This document shows, piece after piece, positions 37,403 through 47,392 of a DNA stretch of 64,000 bases. The DNA lies in assembly GCA_934481515.1 (NCBI GenBank), contig CAKSPO010000001.1, forward strand, positions 27,561 through 91,560, read 5' to 3'. Origin of the DNA: an uncultured Eubacteriales bacterium (GTDB lineage Bacteria; Bacillota; Clostridia; Oscillospirales; CAG-272). The notes beneath the pieces were generated by a model. It was not told where the DNA came from. It made no database searches and saw only the letters and a list, made by a program, of their open reading frames with translations. The position numbers and the translations under genes are program-made. The first letter of the stretch is position 1. The number at the start of each line of letters is the position of its first letter.

Positions 37403-38779
37403 ATGGAACCGAAAAAAATCATACTTCCGGCAGAAGCCGATGCCGCAATCCGGCGTCTGGAGCAGGCGGGATATGAAGCATGGGTTGTCGGCGGATGCGT
37501 TCGCGACAGCCTGCTTGGCAGAGTACCGAACGATTGGGACATTACCACCTCCGCGCTTCCGGAGCAGATTGAGGCAACCTTTTCCGATTGCCGCCTGATT
37601 GAAACGGGCAGGGTACACGGAACCGTTACCGTCCTTCTCGGCGGAGTCCCGGTGGAGATTACGACCTACCGGAATGACGGTGAGTACGCCGACCATCGCC
37701 ACCCGATCCGGGTGACATTTTCAGAGACCTTACGGGAGGATCTTGCCCGGCGGGACTTTACCGTAAACGCGATGGCATATCATCCGGAGCGCGGAATTGC
37801 GGATCCTTTTGCAGGAAGGGCGGATTTGTTGCATCGGGTTATCCGCTGTGTCGGTGAGCCTTCCCGGCGGTTTGACGAGGACGGACTGCGGATTCTGCGG
37901 GCGGTTCGCTTTGCTTCGGTGCTCGGCTTTTCGGTGGAGAAACAGACCGCCTCGGCAGTTCACCGCTCCGCAAACCTTCTTTCTTTCATCGCACCGGAAC
38001 GGATTCGGGAAGAGTTTTGCAAGCTTTTGTGCGGCGCGGCGGCAATGCCCGTGTTACGCGAATTTGCGGATGTCATTTTGGTGTTCATCCCGGAGCTCCG
38101 AAGCTGTATCGGTTTTGACCAAAACAGCAAATACCATTGCCATGACGTATACGAGCATACCCTGCAATCCCTTGCCTGTGCACCGGAGGATCTGATCGTC
38201 CGCCTGACGGTGTTCTTTCACGATATCGGAAAACCGCAATGTTATACCGAGGATAAAAAGGGCGGACATTTCAGGGGGCATGGAGCCGCCGGAGCAGAGC
38301 TTACGGAACAGATCCTGCGCCGCCTTCGCTTTGGCCGCGATACGACGGAACGGGTTGCGGCACTGGTCGCTATCCACGATCAGCCACTGTCCGCAGAGCC
38401 GCGATCTCTTAAACGGCTGATGCGCCGCTTTTCCGATGAGGATATTCTGCGCCTTCTGGAGGTGCAACGCTGTGACCGCCTGTCTCACGCCGAAGGATAC
38501 AATTCCCCTCCCGAGGTCCTGAAGGAGATTCCGGAGGCGATCCGGAAAATCCGGGAGGCGGATGAATGCCTTTCTCTGAAAGACCTTTGCGTGAACGGAA
38601 ATGACCTGATGGCACTCGGAATTCCGGCGGGGCGCCGGATCGGAGAACTCCTGAACGCATTGCTGGAGGAGGTTCTGGAGGAACGACTGCCAAATGAACG
38701 AACGGCTTTGCTGAATGCCGTAACCCAGCGGATACAACCCGGAAATGCCACCGGTACATCCGTCACGACGCACAAATAA
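37403..38779 (+). CDS. cca: CCA-adding tRNA nucleotidyltransferase with HD domain
   Basis: VVGGCVRDSLLG, DWDITT, RDFTVNAM, and an HD region FHDIGKP. Confidence 0.9.
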   Translation: MEPKKIILPAEADAAIRRLEQAGYEAWVVGGCVRDSLLGRVPNDWDITTSALPEQIEATFSDCRLIETGRVHGTVTVLLGGVPVEITTYRNDGEYADHRHPIRVTFSETLREDLARRDFTVNAMAYHPERGIADPFAGRADLLHRVIRCVGEPSRRFDEDGLRILRAVRFASVLGFSVEKQTASAVHRSANLLSFIAPERIREEFCKLLCGAAAMPVLREFADVILVFIPELRSCIGFDQNSKYHCHDVYEHTLQSLACAPEDLIVRLTVFFHDIGKPQCYTEDKKGGHFRGHGAAGAELTEQILRRLRFGRDTTERVAALVAIHDQPLSAEPRSLKRLMRRFSDEDILRLLEVQRCDRLSHAEGYNSPPEVLKEIPEAIRKIREADECLSLKDLCVNGNDLMALGIPAGRRIGELLNALLEEVLEERLPNERTALLNAVTQRIQPGNATGTSVTTHK

Positions 38780-38817
38780 AGAACCGCCGCGGCGTATTTT
38801 ACGCCGCGGCGGTTCTT
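38779..38817. terminator. Bidirectional rho-independent terminator (cca / cupin gene)
   Basis: AAGAACCGCCGCGGCGTA-ttt-TACGCCGCGGCGGTTCTT, an 18 bp perfect stem. Confidence 0.8.
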
Positions 38818-38861
38818 ATGGTGAAGTCTGTCCGAGGATGGCACTACCCAACACGGTTATT

Positions 38862-39116
38862 TCAGAATACCACTGCCAAAAGCATTTTGAACTGCTCAGC
38901 ACCGAAGACCGCGTGCGGATGTCCGGCAGGCATGACGATGGATTCTCCCGGATGGAGAAAATATTCCGCTCCGTCGATCGTGATCTTTCCGGTTCCGTCC
39001 AGACAGGTGACAAAAGCGACTCCATCGGAGGAATGCGTGCTGATTTCCTCTCCTTTGTCAAAGAAAAACAGCATAATGCTGACGGCAGAGTTCTGGATCA
39101 GGATTTTGCTGACCAC
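38862..39116 (-). CDS. Small cupin-domain protein
   Basis: 84 aa with a GTG start. HSSDGVAFVTCLDGTGKITIDG...HPGESIVMPAGHPHAV is a typical single cupin barrel. Confidence 0.65.
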   Translation of the reverse strand: MVSKILIQNSAVSIMLFFFDKGEEISTHSSDGVAFVTCLDGTGKITIDGAEYFLHPGESIVMPAGHPHAVFGAEQFKMLLAVVF

Positions 39117-39259
39117 ATGACCTTTCCTGGCAGGAGCTTTGTTCCCGAAGCCTTAAAACCTCTGCTTAGGAAATGTTTTTCATAATTTCTCTTATTTTCT
39201 CTTCTTCTTTGTTTTTGTTTATTTTGTTCCGGATTGATCTCTTTATTTATGTTTCCGGA

Positions 39260-40000
39260 TTACCGGGGAATTGACTTCATGCGCTGGCGAAGCGCTTCAA
39301 AGGCAAAAACAGCGGCGGCAGAATTTGCGGAAAGTGCGTTGCGGAAATCACTCCCATAGGGGATAAAGACGCACTGATCCGCATAAGCAAGAATTTTGGC
39401 GGAAATACCGCGCAGTTCCCCGCCAAAGACCAAGAGTACCTTTCCCGTCATATCTGCATCATAGAGCGAAATCGCGTTTCGCCGCTCCGCGCAGAGGATT
39501 CGGATTCCTCTCTGCCGCAACCCGGTCAGAACCATTCCCCAGTCGGTTACGGGAAGGATCGGAAGGCGCTCCGAGGCACCGGCAGAGGCTTTGGTTACCA
39601 CGTTGTCAGCCGAGCACCAGTTTCGTTCGGGTACCAGAACTCCGTTGACTCCTGCGGCACAGAGCGAGCGCAGAGCACCGCCAAAGTTGTACGGATCCTC
39701 AATTCCGTCCAGAAGCGCAAAAAAAGGATGCTCTTCGGAGAGGAGTTCTCCCATCGTCTGATAGCGCCGTTCGCCCGCACGCGCGGCAATTCCGCCGTGT
39801 GAGCTTCCGCTGGTCAGATTGTCCAAGTGCTCCTTGGAGTATTCGTTGACAGGAATTTTTGCGGCATGGGCAAGGCGGAGAATGTAGGCGCGGTTGCGAT
39901 CCGGATGCCTGCCGTCCGTGCAGATTTCAAAAATTTCCCGCCGCCCGGCTTCCAGGGCTGCTTTGACGGAAATCGAGCCTTCCAGAATGATGTTGTCCAT
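39260..40000 (-). CDS. TrmH/SpoU-family RNA 2'-O-methyltransferase (RlmB-like)
   Basis: Start ATG 40000 (MDNIILEGSISVKAAL). SpoU motifs LDGIEDPYNFGGALRS, LVFGGELRGIS and IPYGSDFRNALSANSAAAV. Confidence 0.8.
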   Translation of the reverse strand: MDNIILEGSISVKAALEAGRREIFEICTDGRHPDRNRAYILRLAHAAKIPVNEYSKEHLDNLTSGSSHGGIAARAGERRYQTMGELLSEEHPFFALLDGIEDPYNFGGALRSLCAAGVNGVLVPERNWCSADNVVTKASAGASERLPILPVTDWGMVLTGLRQRGIRILCAERRNAISLYDADMTGKVLLVFGGELRGISAKILAYADQCVFIPYGSDFRNALSANSAAAVFAFEALRQRMKSIPR

Positions 40001-40071
40001 GTGGTTTTTTCCTTCCCAAAGATAACGGAACAGTGCTCCGAAAAGCGGCACTATCCAAATGAGTTGCTTTT

Positions 40072-40100
40072 ATTTTAGCACATCAAACCGTAAAAAGCAA
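40072..40100 (-). promoter_or_regulatory. Candidate sigma-A promoter for the methyltransferase gene
   Basis: The minus strand reads TTGCTT - 17 bp - TAAAAT, with TGC directly upstream (extended -10). Confidence 0.5.
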
Positions 40101-40122
40101 GTTCTGCCTACCGAAAGAGACT

Positions 40123-40977
40123 TTATTTTTGCGGCTTTGCGTGCATTTTCCGATATTCCTGCGGGGTGCATCCGCTTTCCGCGCGGAAAACCCGGTAAAA
40201 GCTGGAGACGGAGGAAAAACCGCTGGCAAATGCGACGTCCACCGGGGAGCGGTCGGTGGCAAAGAGCAGCGTTCTCGCGTGATTGACCCGGACGGTGTTC
40301 AGAAAATCCGAATAGGTTTTCCCGGTGTGTTTTGCAAAAAGCCGGCTGAAATGGTTTGGCGTGTAGCCGCACTCCGCCGCAATCCGCTCCACCGGAGGGT
40401 CTTCCTGAAAGTGCGAAAAAAGATAACGCATTCCGATGTTGAAAAGGGAAGCGTCGGCAGTAGTAGCAGAGGAAACGTGTTGGTCTGCAAAGCGGAGCAG
40501 AAGCAGAAGGAGGTATTCCAAAAGACTTTGCAGGCAGGAAAGAGAATCGGGAGAAATCTTCTCCTGACCGACAAGTGCAGCTTCCCGCAACAAAAGCGTT
40601 GCAGCTATGCGTGCACTTTCCGCGTCCTCTTCTCCGGGCAGAAAACAGAGGTTTTCCCGGCTTTCGATTTCCAGAAGGCGGGAGAGAAGCGTACGCGAAA
40701 TCAGACTTTCCTCAAAGCTGATATTGATTAGTTGCAGTTCCGGTTCCGGAAGAACGTTGTGAAAGCTACCGGGGGTCAGAAAGTACAGCATTCCCCGGCA
40801 CAGCACATATTCCGTTCCGTTCAAAACCTGCCTTCCGCTGCCTCCCAGCACAAGTTCGATTTCAAAATAATCATGAAAGTGGAAACGCGATTCCTCACAA
40901 AAGGTCTTGGAAACCGCCGAGATGCGACATGGGCTTCCGATCTGCTCACTGGAACGGAACATTCTGATTTCTTTCAT
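40123..40977 (-). CDS. AraC-family transcriptional regulator (cupin sensor + HTH)
   Basis: Only the 3' 855 nt of the 940-codon track ORF are credible. Start ATG 40977 (GGAAGGAAG upstream). C-terminal IAAECGYTPNHFSRLFAKHTGKTYSDFLNTVRVNHARTLL. Confidence 0.85.
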   Translation of the reverse strand: MKEIRMFRSSEQIGSPCRISAVSKTFCEESRFHFHDYFEIELVLGGSGRQVLNGTEYVLCRGMLYFLTPGSFHNVLPEPELQLINISFEESLISRTLLSRLLEIESRENLCFLPGEEDAESARIAATLLLREAALVGQEKISPDSLSCLQSLLEYLLLLLLRFADQHVSSATTADASLFNIGMRYLFSHFQEDPPVERIAAECGYTPNHFSRLFAKHTGKTYSDFLNTVRVNHARTLLFATDRSPVDVAFASGFSSVSSFYRVFRAESGCTPQEYRKMHAKPQK

Positions 40978-41184
40978 TTGATTCTTCCTTCCTTCAAAGG
41001 ACTCCATCGGAATTCTTTCCTGCTTTATTGTATCACAAAATTCTCCGAACCGCATCTCTGTTTTTAAAAAAATCGTAGTTTTTGAGAAAAACAGGATAGA
41101 AAGAAGGAGGAATTGTGTGATATTATGCGGTAGTATATCCCTGTATCCCGTTTTGAACTTTGATTTCCGATAAGGAGAAGCTCT

Positions 41185-43602
41185 ATGATCCGAAAAATTT
41201 ATTTTGTCGGCAACGCACATCTGGATCCGGTCTGGATGTGGAGATGGCAGGAGGGGTCTGCCGAAGCGAAAGCAACCATCCGGAGCGCACTGGATCGGAT
41301 GAAGGAATATCCGGAATTCCGTTTTGTCTGTTCCGCGACCGCCGTGTTCCGCTGGATCGAAACCTTTGACCCGGAGATGTTTTCGGAAATTACCGACCGC
41401 GTAAAGGAGGGCAGGTTTGTTCCGGTCGGCGGTTGGATCGTCCAACCGGATTGCAATCTGCCAAGCGGAGAAGGCTTTGCACGGCAGACGTTGTACGGTC
41501 AGCGGTATTTTTACGAAAAATTCGGAACGACCGCCAAGGTCGGATACAATGTGGATTCCTTTGGTCACAACGGAATGCTTCCGCAGATTCTTCAAAAGTC
41601 CGGAATGCGGTATTATTCTTTCATGCGGCCGGAACCGCACGAAAAAACATTGCCCGCCAATCTTTTCCGCTGGCGTTCCCCGGACGGTTCGGAGGTGATT
41701 GCCTGTCGGCTGTTGGACAAGTACTGTCACAACATCGGCTCTCTTGAGGAGCTGGAAGCGGATCTTGCATCCCTTGCGGAGCGGAATCCGCAGGCGACGG
41801 CGTTCCCGTATTTTTACGGTGTCGGAAACCACGGCGGCGGACCGACCAAAAGAAATATCGAGCTGATTCAGGCTTACCGGGAGAAGCACCCGGAGGTAGA
41901 GTGCATTTTCTCTGACCTTTCGGATTTCTTCGCGGAAGCGGAAAAGGAAAAAGAACTTCTTCCGGTGGTTGCCGATGACCTTCAGCACCACGCCTCCGGA
42001 TGCTACAGTGCCGTTTCCGCCGTCAAAACAGCAATCCGGAGCGCGGAGAACCGCCTGCTCTCGGCAGAAGTGAGCCAAATGCTCTCTGCCGCTCTTCTCG
42101 GAAGAGCAGTGGAAACCGATGCGCTGGCACGGGCGTGGGAACCAACTCTGTTCTGTCAGTTCCATGATATTTTCGGCGGCTGTGCCATTGAGGACGCTTA
42201 CCGTGACGCGGCGGAAATGACCGGAGAGAGCCTGTCTGTGGCGGCACGCCTGCAGAACAACGCTCTGCAAAGCATTTCCTGGGCGGTCGGAACCATGGAT
42301 ATTGCGGAAACCGGCGTTCCGGTTGTGCTGTTCAATTGCCTGCCGTTTGACGTTTCCACGGTGGTGCGGGTCAACCGTCAGGCAGAGGGCGTGACGGACA
42401 GGGACGGGAATGCGATCCCGATGCAACACGTCCGTTCCCAGAGCCGTAGCTGCCGGGCAAGGTATGACACCGTGTTCCGTGCGGAAATTCCGGCGTTCGG
42501 CTATTCGGTTTATACCTTGCTGTCGCCAAAGGAAGCAGAGCCGGACCCGGTTCTGCGTTCTGGAAATCCGCCCGTGCTTCCGGTGTCCGCCCCTCCGACG
42601 CTGGAGAACCGGAGCCTGCGCCTGACGTTTGATCCGGAAACCGGGTTTCTTGTTTCTGTATACGAAAAAGAAACAGACCGGGAATTTCTTCACGGCAACG
42701 GAGCGGTTCCCGTTGTCATCGACGAGACCGAACATGATACATGGTCGCACGGGATGAATTTTTTCGACCGGGAAATCGGTATGTTTGGCGATCCGGACTT
42801 CACTCTGACCGAGAACGGAATTGTGCGCAGTACGATGAAGGTGGTTCAGCACTACGGAAATTCCACGCTGACGCAGTATTTTCACCTTGAGAATGGCAAC
42901 GCCGGATTTTGGACAGAGGCATATATCGACTGGCATGGAAAACACAAACTATTGAAGCTGAGGTTCGAAACGACGGTAACGGATCCGCGTGCATTCTATG
43001 AAATTCCCTTCGGAGTCATCGAACGTCCGACCGACGGGGAAGAGGAACCGGGATATCGCTGGATTGCCGTTCGGAACCGGGACTTCGGATGTGCCCTCAT
43101 CAACGATAACAAATATAGCTTTTCCGTCCGGGAAAGTGCCATGGAACTGACCGTGGTACGCAGTCCGATTTTCGGAGATCACGGCAACGGCAGAGACGCG
43201 GAAAGCCGCTTTACCGATCAGGGAGAGCATTCCTTTTCTTATCGGTTTCTTCCCGTCAATGGAGAATCCGGCTGGGCAGAGGTGGTCAGGGCGGCACGAC
43301 TCTTCAATACTCCGCCGGTTCCGGTGATCGAAAACCGGCATGAGGGAAACCTTCCGCTTTGCTTCCGAGGAATGACTTGCAACCGCGCCAACGTGCAGAT
43401 TTCCGCATGGAAGCGCGCAGAGGACGGAGCGGGAACCGTGCTCCGCATTTATGAAACCGACGGAACGGAGAGTACTTTCCGCATTTCCGGAGATGCCCTC
43501 CGGATTCCGCTGGCGGGAACCATTGCACCGTATTCCGTTGAAACATATTATCTTCCGGATGACGGAAACGAGTGGAAATATGTTTCCCTGATGGAACTGT
43601 AA
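41185..43602 (+). CDS. Glycoside hydrolase family 38 (alpha-mannosidase-like), cytoplasmic
   Basis: GNAHLDPVWMWRWQEG N-terminal GH38 signature, YGVGNHGGGP. No signal peptide. Divergent from the AraC gene. Confidence 0.85.
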   Translation: MIRKIYFVGNAHLDPVWMWRWQEGSAEAKATIRSALDRMKEYPEFRFVCSATAVFRWIETFDPEMFSEITDRVKEGRFVPVGGWIVQPDCNLPSGEGFARQTLYGQRYFYEKFGTTAKVGYNVDSFGHNGMLPQILQKSGMRYYSFMRPEPHEKTLPANLFRWRSPDGSEVIACRLLDKYCHNIGSLEELEADLASLAERNPQATAFPYFYGVGNHGGGPTKRNIELIQAYREKHPEVECIFSDLSDFFAEAEKEKELLPVVADDLQHHASGCYSAVSAVKTAIRSAENRLLSAEVSQMLSAALLGRAVETDALARAWEPTLFCQFHDIFGGCAIEDAYRDAAEMTGESLSVAARLQNNALQSISWAVGTMDIAETGVPVVLFNCLPFDVSTVVRVNRQAEGVTDRDGNAIPMQHVRSQSRSCRARYDTVFRAEIPAFGYSVYTLLSPKEAEPDPVLRSGNPPVLPVSAPPTLENRSLRLTFDPETGFLVSVYEKETDREFLHGNGAVPVVIDETEHDTWSHGMNFFDREIGMFGDPDFTLTENGIVRSTMKVVQHYGNSTLTQYFHLENGNAGFWTEAYIDWHGKHKLLKLRFETTVTDPRAFYEIPFGVIERPTDGEEEPGYRWIAVRNRDFGCALINDNKYSFSVRESAMELTVVRSPIFGDHGNGRDAESRFTDQGEHSFSYRFLPVNGESGWAEVVRAARLFNTPPVPVIENRHEGNLPLCFRGMTCNRANVQISAWKRAEDGAGTVLRIYETDGTESTFRISGDALRIPLAGTIAPYSVETYYLPDDGNEWKYVSLMEL

Positions 43603-43617
43603 AAAAGTTCGGATATC

Positions 43618-43653
43618 AAAAAGCGGGAATCGCCGGAGCGGTTCCCGCTTTCA
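43618..43653. terminator. Bidirectional terminator (GH38 gene / alaS)
   Basis: AAAGCGGGAA...TTCCCGCTTT inverted repeat with A and T runs on either side. Confidence 0.7.
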
Positions 43654-43668
43654 ATTGTGTGACGTTTC

Positions 43669-46299
43669 TCAGTGCAGCATGGAGGTCAGGACATCCTTTG
43701 CGGCTGCAAGCGCTTCCGGAATTTTTGCAATCTCCCGTCCGCCTGCCATCGCATTGTCCGGGCGTCCGCCACCCTTACCACCGGTCACAGCGGCGACAGC
43801 ACCAACCAGGCGTCCGGCATGGGCACCTGCCGCAACCGCATCCTTTCCGGCGACTGCCAGGAAATTCAGCTTCCCGTCGTCGTGAACGGCAAGTACGGCA
43901 ACCGTGTCAGGGCAACGTGCCTTGATCTCATCTGCCAGCGCCCGCGCAACATCGGTCTGCTGGTTTCCGAGATTCTCGGCAACCAGACGAATCTTTCCGA
44001 TCTGCACGGCACCATCCATGACAAGCGCAAGCTTTGCCGTAGCAATCTTTGCATTCAACGCTTCCACTTCCTTCTTCGCGGAGGAAAGCTCACTTTGCAA
44101 CTGAGCGGCGCGGTGCGCAAGATCCGACGGTTTTTGTACCTTCAGCTCCTTTGCCGTTTCGGCAATCAGAGCATTCTTCTCTGCCAACAGGCGGAGAACT
44201 CCTTCACCCGTGACCGCTTCAATCCGGCGGATTCCTGCCGCAACCGAGGATTCGGAAAGGATTTTGAACAGTCCGATCTTTGCCGTATTATCCACATGTG
44301 TACCGCCGCAGAACTCAATGGAATGCTCACCCATCCGGACGACGCGGACGATCTTTCCGTATTTTTCGCCGAACAGGGCGGTGGCACCCAGCTTTTTGGC
44401 TTCCTCAATGGGCATCGGGGTCATCGAACCGACCTCACCCGCAAGGATGTCCTCGTTGACCAGTGCTTCCGTCTTTGCCAGCTCTTCCGGCGTCAGACCG
44501 GCAAAGTGCGTGAAGTCAAACCGGCAGACGGTATCGGACACATAGGAACCGGACTGCTCCACATGGTTTCCGAGCACCCGCCGCAGAGCGCTCTGCAACA
44601 GGTGGCATGCGGAGTGATTGCGCATGATGGCGGCACGGCGATGCTCGTCCACGGTTGCTGTAACCGTGTCTCCGACCTTCAGAATGCCGGAACGGACCGT
44701 GCACAGATGAATATAGACTCCGTCGGTTTTCCTGGTGTCTGTCACGGCAAGCTCCGTATTTCCCGCAAGTAATACGCCGGTGTCGCCGACCTGTCCGCCT
44801 CCCTCACCGTAGAAAGGCGTGGTATCAAGAATGACCGAGCAGTCGCCCTCTGTAATTTCTTCCACCGAAAGCTCGTCCGACAGAATGGCAAGAACCTTTG
44901 CCTCTGCCGTCAGCGTTTCATAACCGCAGAACTCGGTTTTCGGAAGATCTGCCAAAAGCGTTTTCGATGCACCGGACCAGCCGCTGATGTCGGCACGGGC
45001 TTCCCGTGCACGCACCTTCTGCTCCTGCATCAGCGCGGCAAAGCGCTCGGTATCGACGGTCATGCCCGCCTCCTCCAGAATCTCTTTGGTCAGGTCGACC
45101 GGGAACCCGAAGGTGTCATACAGGCGGAACGTATCCTCGCCGGAAACCACTGTACTTCCGGCTGCTTTCGTGTCGGCAATGATATGATTCAGAATAGAAA
45201 GACCGGAGTCAATGGTTGCATCAAAGCGCTCCTCCTCCATGGCAATGACCTTGAGAATATAGTCTTTCTTTTCTTTCAGTTCGGGGTAAGCACCTTCATT
45301 TTCACCCATGGCAACCCGGCACAGCTCCACGAGGAACGGGTGGTTGATGCCAAGCAGCTTTCCGTGTCTGCAGGCGCGGCGGATGATGCGGCGCAGGACG
45401 TATCCGCGCCCTTCATTGGAGGGAATTACGCCGTCCGCAATCATAAACATGGAACTCTTGATATGGTCAGTGCAGACGCGGATGGAAATGTCCGCGTCTT
45501 TGTCGGTTCCGTAGGTGGTTCCGGCAATCGCGCAGACCGCGTCCAGAATTTTGCGGTTGGTATCCACCTCAAACATGTTGTCCACACCCTGCATGACGCA
45601 GGCAAGCCGCTCCAGACCCATTCCGGTATCAATGTTCTTCTGCGCCAGTTCCGTATAGGTGCCGTCTCCCATGTTGTTGAACTGGGAAAAGACGTTGTTC
45701 CAGATTTCCATATAGCGGTCGCAGTCACAGCCGGGCTTGCAGTCCGGAGAACCGCAGCCGTATTTTTCACCACGGTCAAAGTAGATTTCGGAGCAGGGAC
45801 CGCAGGGACCTGTTCCGTGCTCCCAGAAGTTGTCCGCTTTTCCGAGACGGACAATGTGCGCGGGATTCACCCCGACCTTGTTCGCCCAGATGTCGTAAGC
45901 TTCCTCGTCGCTTTCATAGATGGACGGCCAGAGAAGGTTCTCCGGAATTTCCAGCGTTTGGGTCAGGAATTCCCAAGCCCACGGAATTGCCTCTTCTTTG
46001 AAGTAGTCTCCAAAGGAAAAGTTTCCGAGCATTTCAAAGAAGGTGCCGTGTCGCGCCGTATGACCTACCCGTTCAAGATCCGGTGTCCGGATGCATTTCT
46101 GGCAGGTTGTGACCCGGCGGCGGGGCGGCTCTTCTTCTCCGGTGAAGAACTTTTTCATCGGCGCCATTCCGGAATTGATAAGCAAAAGGGATTTATCGTT
46201 GATGGGAACCAGCGGGAAGGAGGGCAGGCGCAGATGCCCCTTGGATTCAAAGAAGGAGAGATATTTTTCCCGCAGATCATTGAGAGATGTCCATTTCAT
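43669..46299 (-). CDS. alaS: Alanine--tRNA ligase
   Basis: 876 aa. FFEMLGNFSFGDYFK, editing-domain HSACHLL, C-terminal DHHA1-like domain. Confidence 0.95.
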   Translation of the reverse strand: MKWTSLNDLREKYLSFFESKGHLRLPSFPLVPINDKSLLLINSGMAPMKKFFTGEEEPPRRRVTTCQKCIRTPDLERVGHTARHGTFFEMLGNFSFGDYFKEEAIPWAWEFLTQTLEIPENLLWPSIYESDEEAYDIWANKVGVNPAHIVRLGKADNFWEHGTGPCGPCSEIYFDRGEKYGCGSPDCKPGCDCDRYMEIWNNVFSQFNNMGDGTYTELAQKNIDTGMGLERLACVMQGVDNMFEVDTNRKILDAVCAIAGTTYGTDKDADISIRVCTDHIKSSMFMIADGVIPSNEGRGYVLRRIIRRACRHGKLLGINHPFLVELCRVAMGENEGAYPELKEKKDYILKVIAMEEERFDATIDSGLSILNHIIADTKAAGSTVVSGEDTFRLYDTFGFPVDLTKEILEEAGMTVDTERFAALMQEQKVRAREARADISGWSGASKTLLADLPKTEFCGYETLTAEAKVLAILSDELSVEEITEGDCSVILDTTPFYGEGGGQVGDTGVLLAGNTELAVTDTRKTDGVYIHLCTVRSGILKVGDTVTATVDEHRRAAIMRNHSACHLLQSALRRVLGNHVEQSGSYVSDTVCRFDFTHFAGLTPEELAKTEALVNEDILAGEVGSMTPMPIEEAKKLGATALFGEKYGKIVRVVRMGEHSIEFCGGTHVDNTAKIGLFKILSESSVAAGIRRIEAVTGEGVLRLLAEKNALIAETAKELKVQKPSDLAHRAAQLQSELSSAKKEVEALNAKIATAKLALVMDGAVQIGKIRLVAENLGNQQTDVARALADEIKARCPDTVAVLAVHDDGKLNFLAVAGKDAVAAGAHAGRLVGAVAAVTGGKGGGRPDNAMAGGREIAKIPEALAAAKDVLTSMLH

Positions 46300-46349
46300 G
46301 ATTGATCATGTGTCCTTTCGATAGAACTGAAATCAAAACGATATGATGT

Positions 46350-46378
46350 ATTATATCACAAAAGAAAAAACATGTCAA
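46350..46378 (-). promoter_or_regulatory. Strong candidate sigma-A promoter for alaS
   Basis: The minus strand reads TTGACA - 17 bp - TATAAT, with TGA directly upstream (extended -10). The leader is only ~45 nt. Confidence 0.65.
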
Positions 46379-46389
46379 TCACCAGCCGG

Positions 46390-46421
46390 AAAAAAGCAGA
46401 GAACCCGGCGTTTCTGTGCTT
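46390..46421 (-). terminator. Rho-independent terminator after the amidase gene
   Basis: On the minus strand, GCACAGAA...TTCTCTGC (one mismatch) is followed by TTTTTT. Confidence 0.55.
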
Positions 46422-46432
46422 TTTCCGAAGCG

Positions 46433-47179
46433 TTAAGAGGAGCTTTTAAGGGGATCCTGGCTCCCCATAATGGCAAGGAAAAGGTTCAGTGCCAGAGTAT
46501 CCTGATATTCTGGCGAAGAGAGAAGCGCCAGCTCCTCCGGATTGGAAAGAAATCCGCATTCAATCAGAACCGCCGGGATCTGCAGGCGATGCAAAAGATA
46601 AATCCCGGAGGTTGCGCTTTTGGCTTTCCGGTGGTTTTCCGGTTGCAAAAAGTCCTTCGTAAAATTCTGAACGGATTCTGCCAGCGGACGGGAGCCAGGA
46701 TGATTCGGAGAATACCAGACCTGAAGCCCCCGGCAGGAGGAATCCGACGGGAACATATTCATGTGGATGCTGATAAAAACGGCATTTTCCGTTTCTTCTG
46801 CAATCCTGCGGCGGGCGAGCAGATCCAGCGCTTTTTTCTTTCCTTGGTAATCTGATTCCGGGTCATACAGCATCCGGTCGCTGTCACGGGTCATGACGAC
46901 CCGGATTCCGCTTGCCTCCAGCAGAGCGCGCAGGCGTTCCGCAACGGCAAGATTCAGCTCTTTCTCCGCGGTTCCGTCCGGTGCAACCGCACCGCCGTCC
47001 TCCCCGCCGTGCCCTGCATCCAGAACAACAACCCGGATATGAGAAGCGGGCGCATCGGCTTCCGCGGGAATTCCCACATTTCCCGATGCGGACAGATAGC
47101 AGAAAAGCCCGCAAAGGGACAGAAACAGGATCAGAAACAGGAAAAAAACGCCGAAAAAATTCCTTTCGCGGGAAGCCAT
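46433..47179 (-). CDS. cwlD: N-acetylmuramoyl-L-alanine amidase, CwlD-like (Amidase_3)
   Basis: N-terminal TM anchor, VVLDAGHGGEDGGA, ISIHMN, LIECGFLSNPEE. Size and layout resemble the germination-specific CwlD. Confidence 0.75.
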   Translation of the reverse strand: MASRERNFFGVFFLFLILFLSLCGLFCYLSASGNVGIPAEADAPASHIRVVVLDAGHGGEDGGAVAPDGTAEKELNLAVAERLRALLEASGIRVVMTRDSDRMLYDPESDYQGKKKALDLLARRRIAEETENAVFISIHMNMFPSDSSCRGLQVWYSPNHPGSRPLAESVQNFTKDFLQPENHRKAKSATSGIYLLHRLQIPAVLIECGFLSNPEELALLSSPEYQDTLALNLFLAIMGSQDPLKSSS

Positions 47180-47249
47180 CCGAACTCTCCCTTCTATGAT
47201 TTGGTGCTTTCATTTTATTCATTTTGAAGGGGAAATATTCATTTGAGTG

Positions 47250-47278
47250 TTGACTTTTCCAAACACCGGATGTATAAT
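47250..47278 (+). promoter_or_regulatory. Candidate sigma-A promoter for the nusB operon
   Basis: TTGACT - 17 bp - TATAAT. Confidence 0.6.
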
Positions 47279-47392
47279 ATATCATAATGGGTATTTCTGT
47301 ACCGAAACTGCCGACCGATGTCCGAAAGGCTTTTTTATCTTTTTTCGGCACCGGAACGGCAAGAAGCTTTTTGACAAGAGGAAAAGATTGTG

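Noticed and set aside
39117-39259. Polypyrimidine (plus strand) / polypurine (minus strand) tract with a 5-codon mini-ORF (MKNIS) upstream of the cupin gene
   Set aside because: It may just be an A/G-rich leader. The mini-ORF has no RBS, and there is no terminator/antiterminator alternative that would suggest leader-peptide attenuation.
40978-42945. 5' two-thirds of the 940-codon minus-strand ORF overlapping the GH38 gene
   Set aside because: This is the same mirror-frame effect, in register with the GH38 codons starting at 41185. Only the last 284 codons (40123-40977) form a coherent AraC protein with its own RBS.
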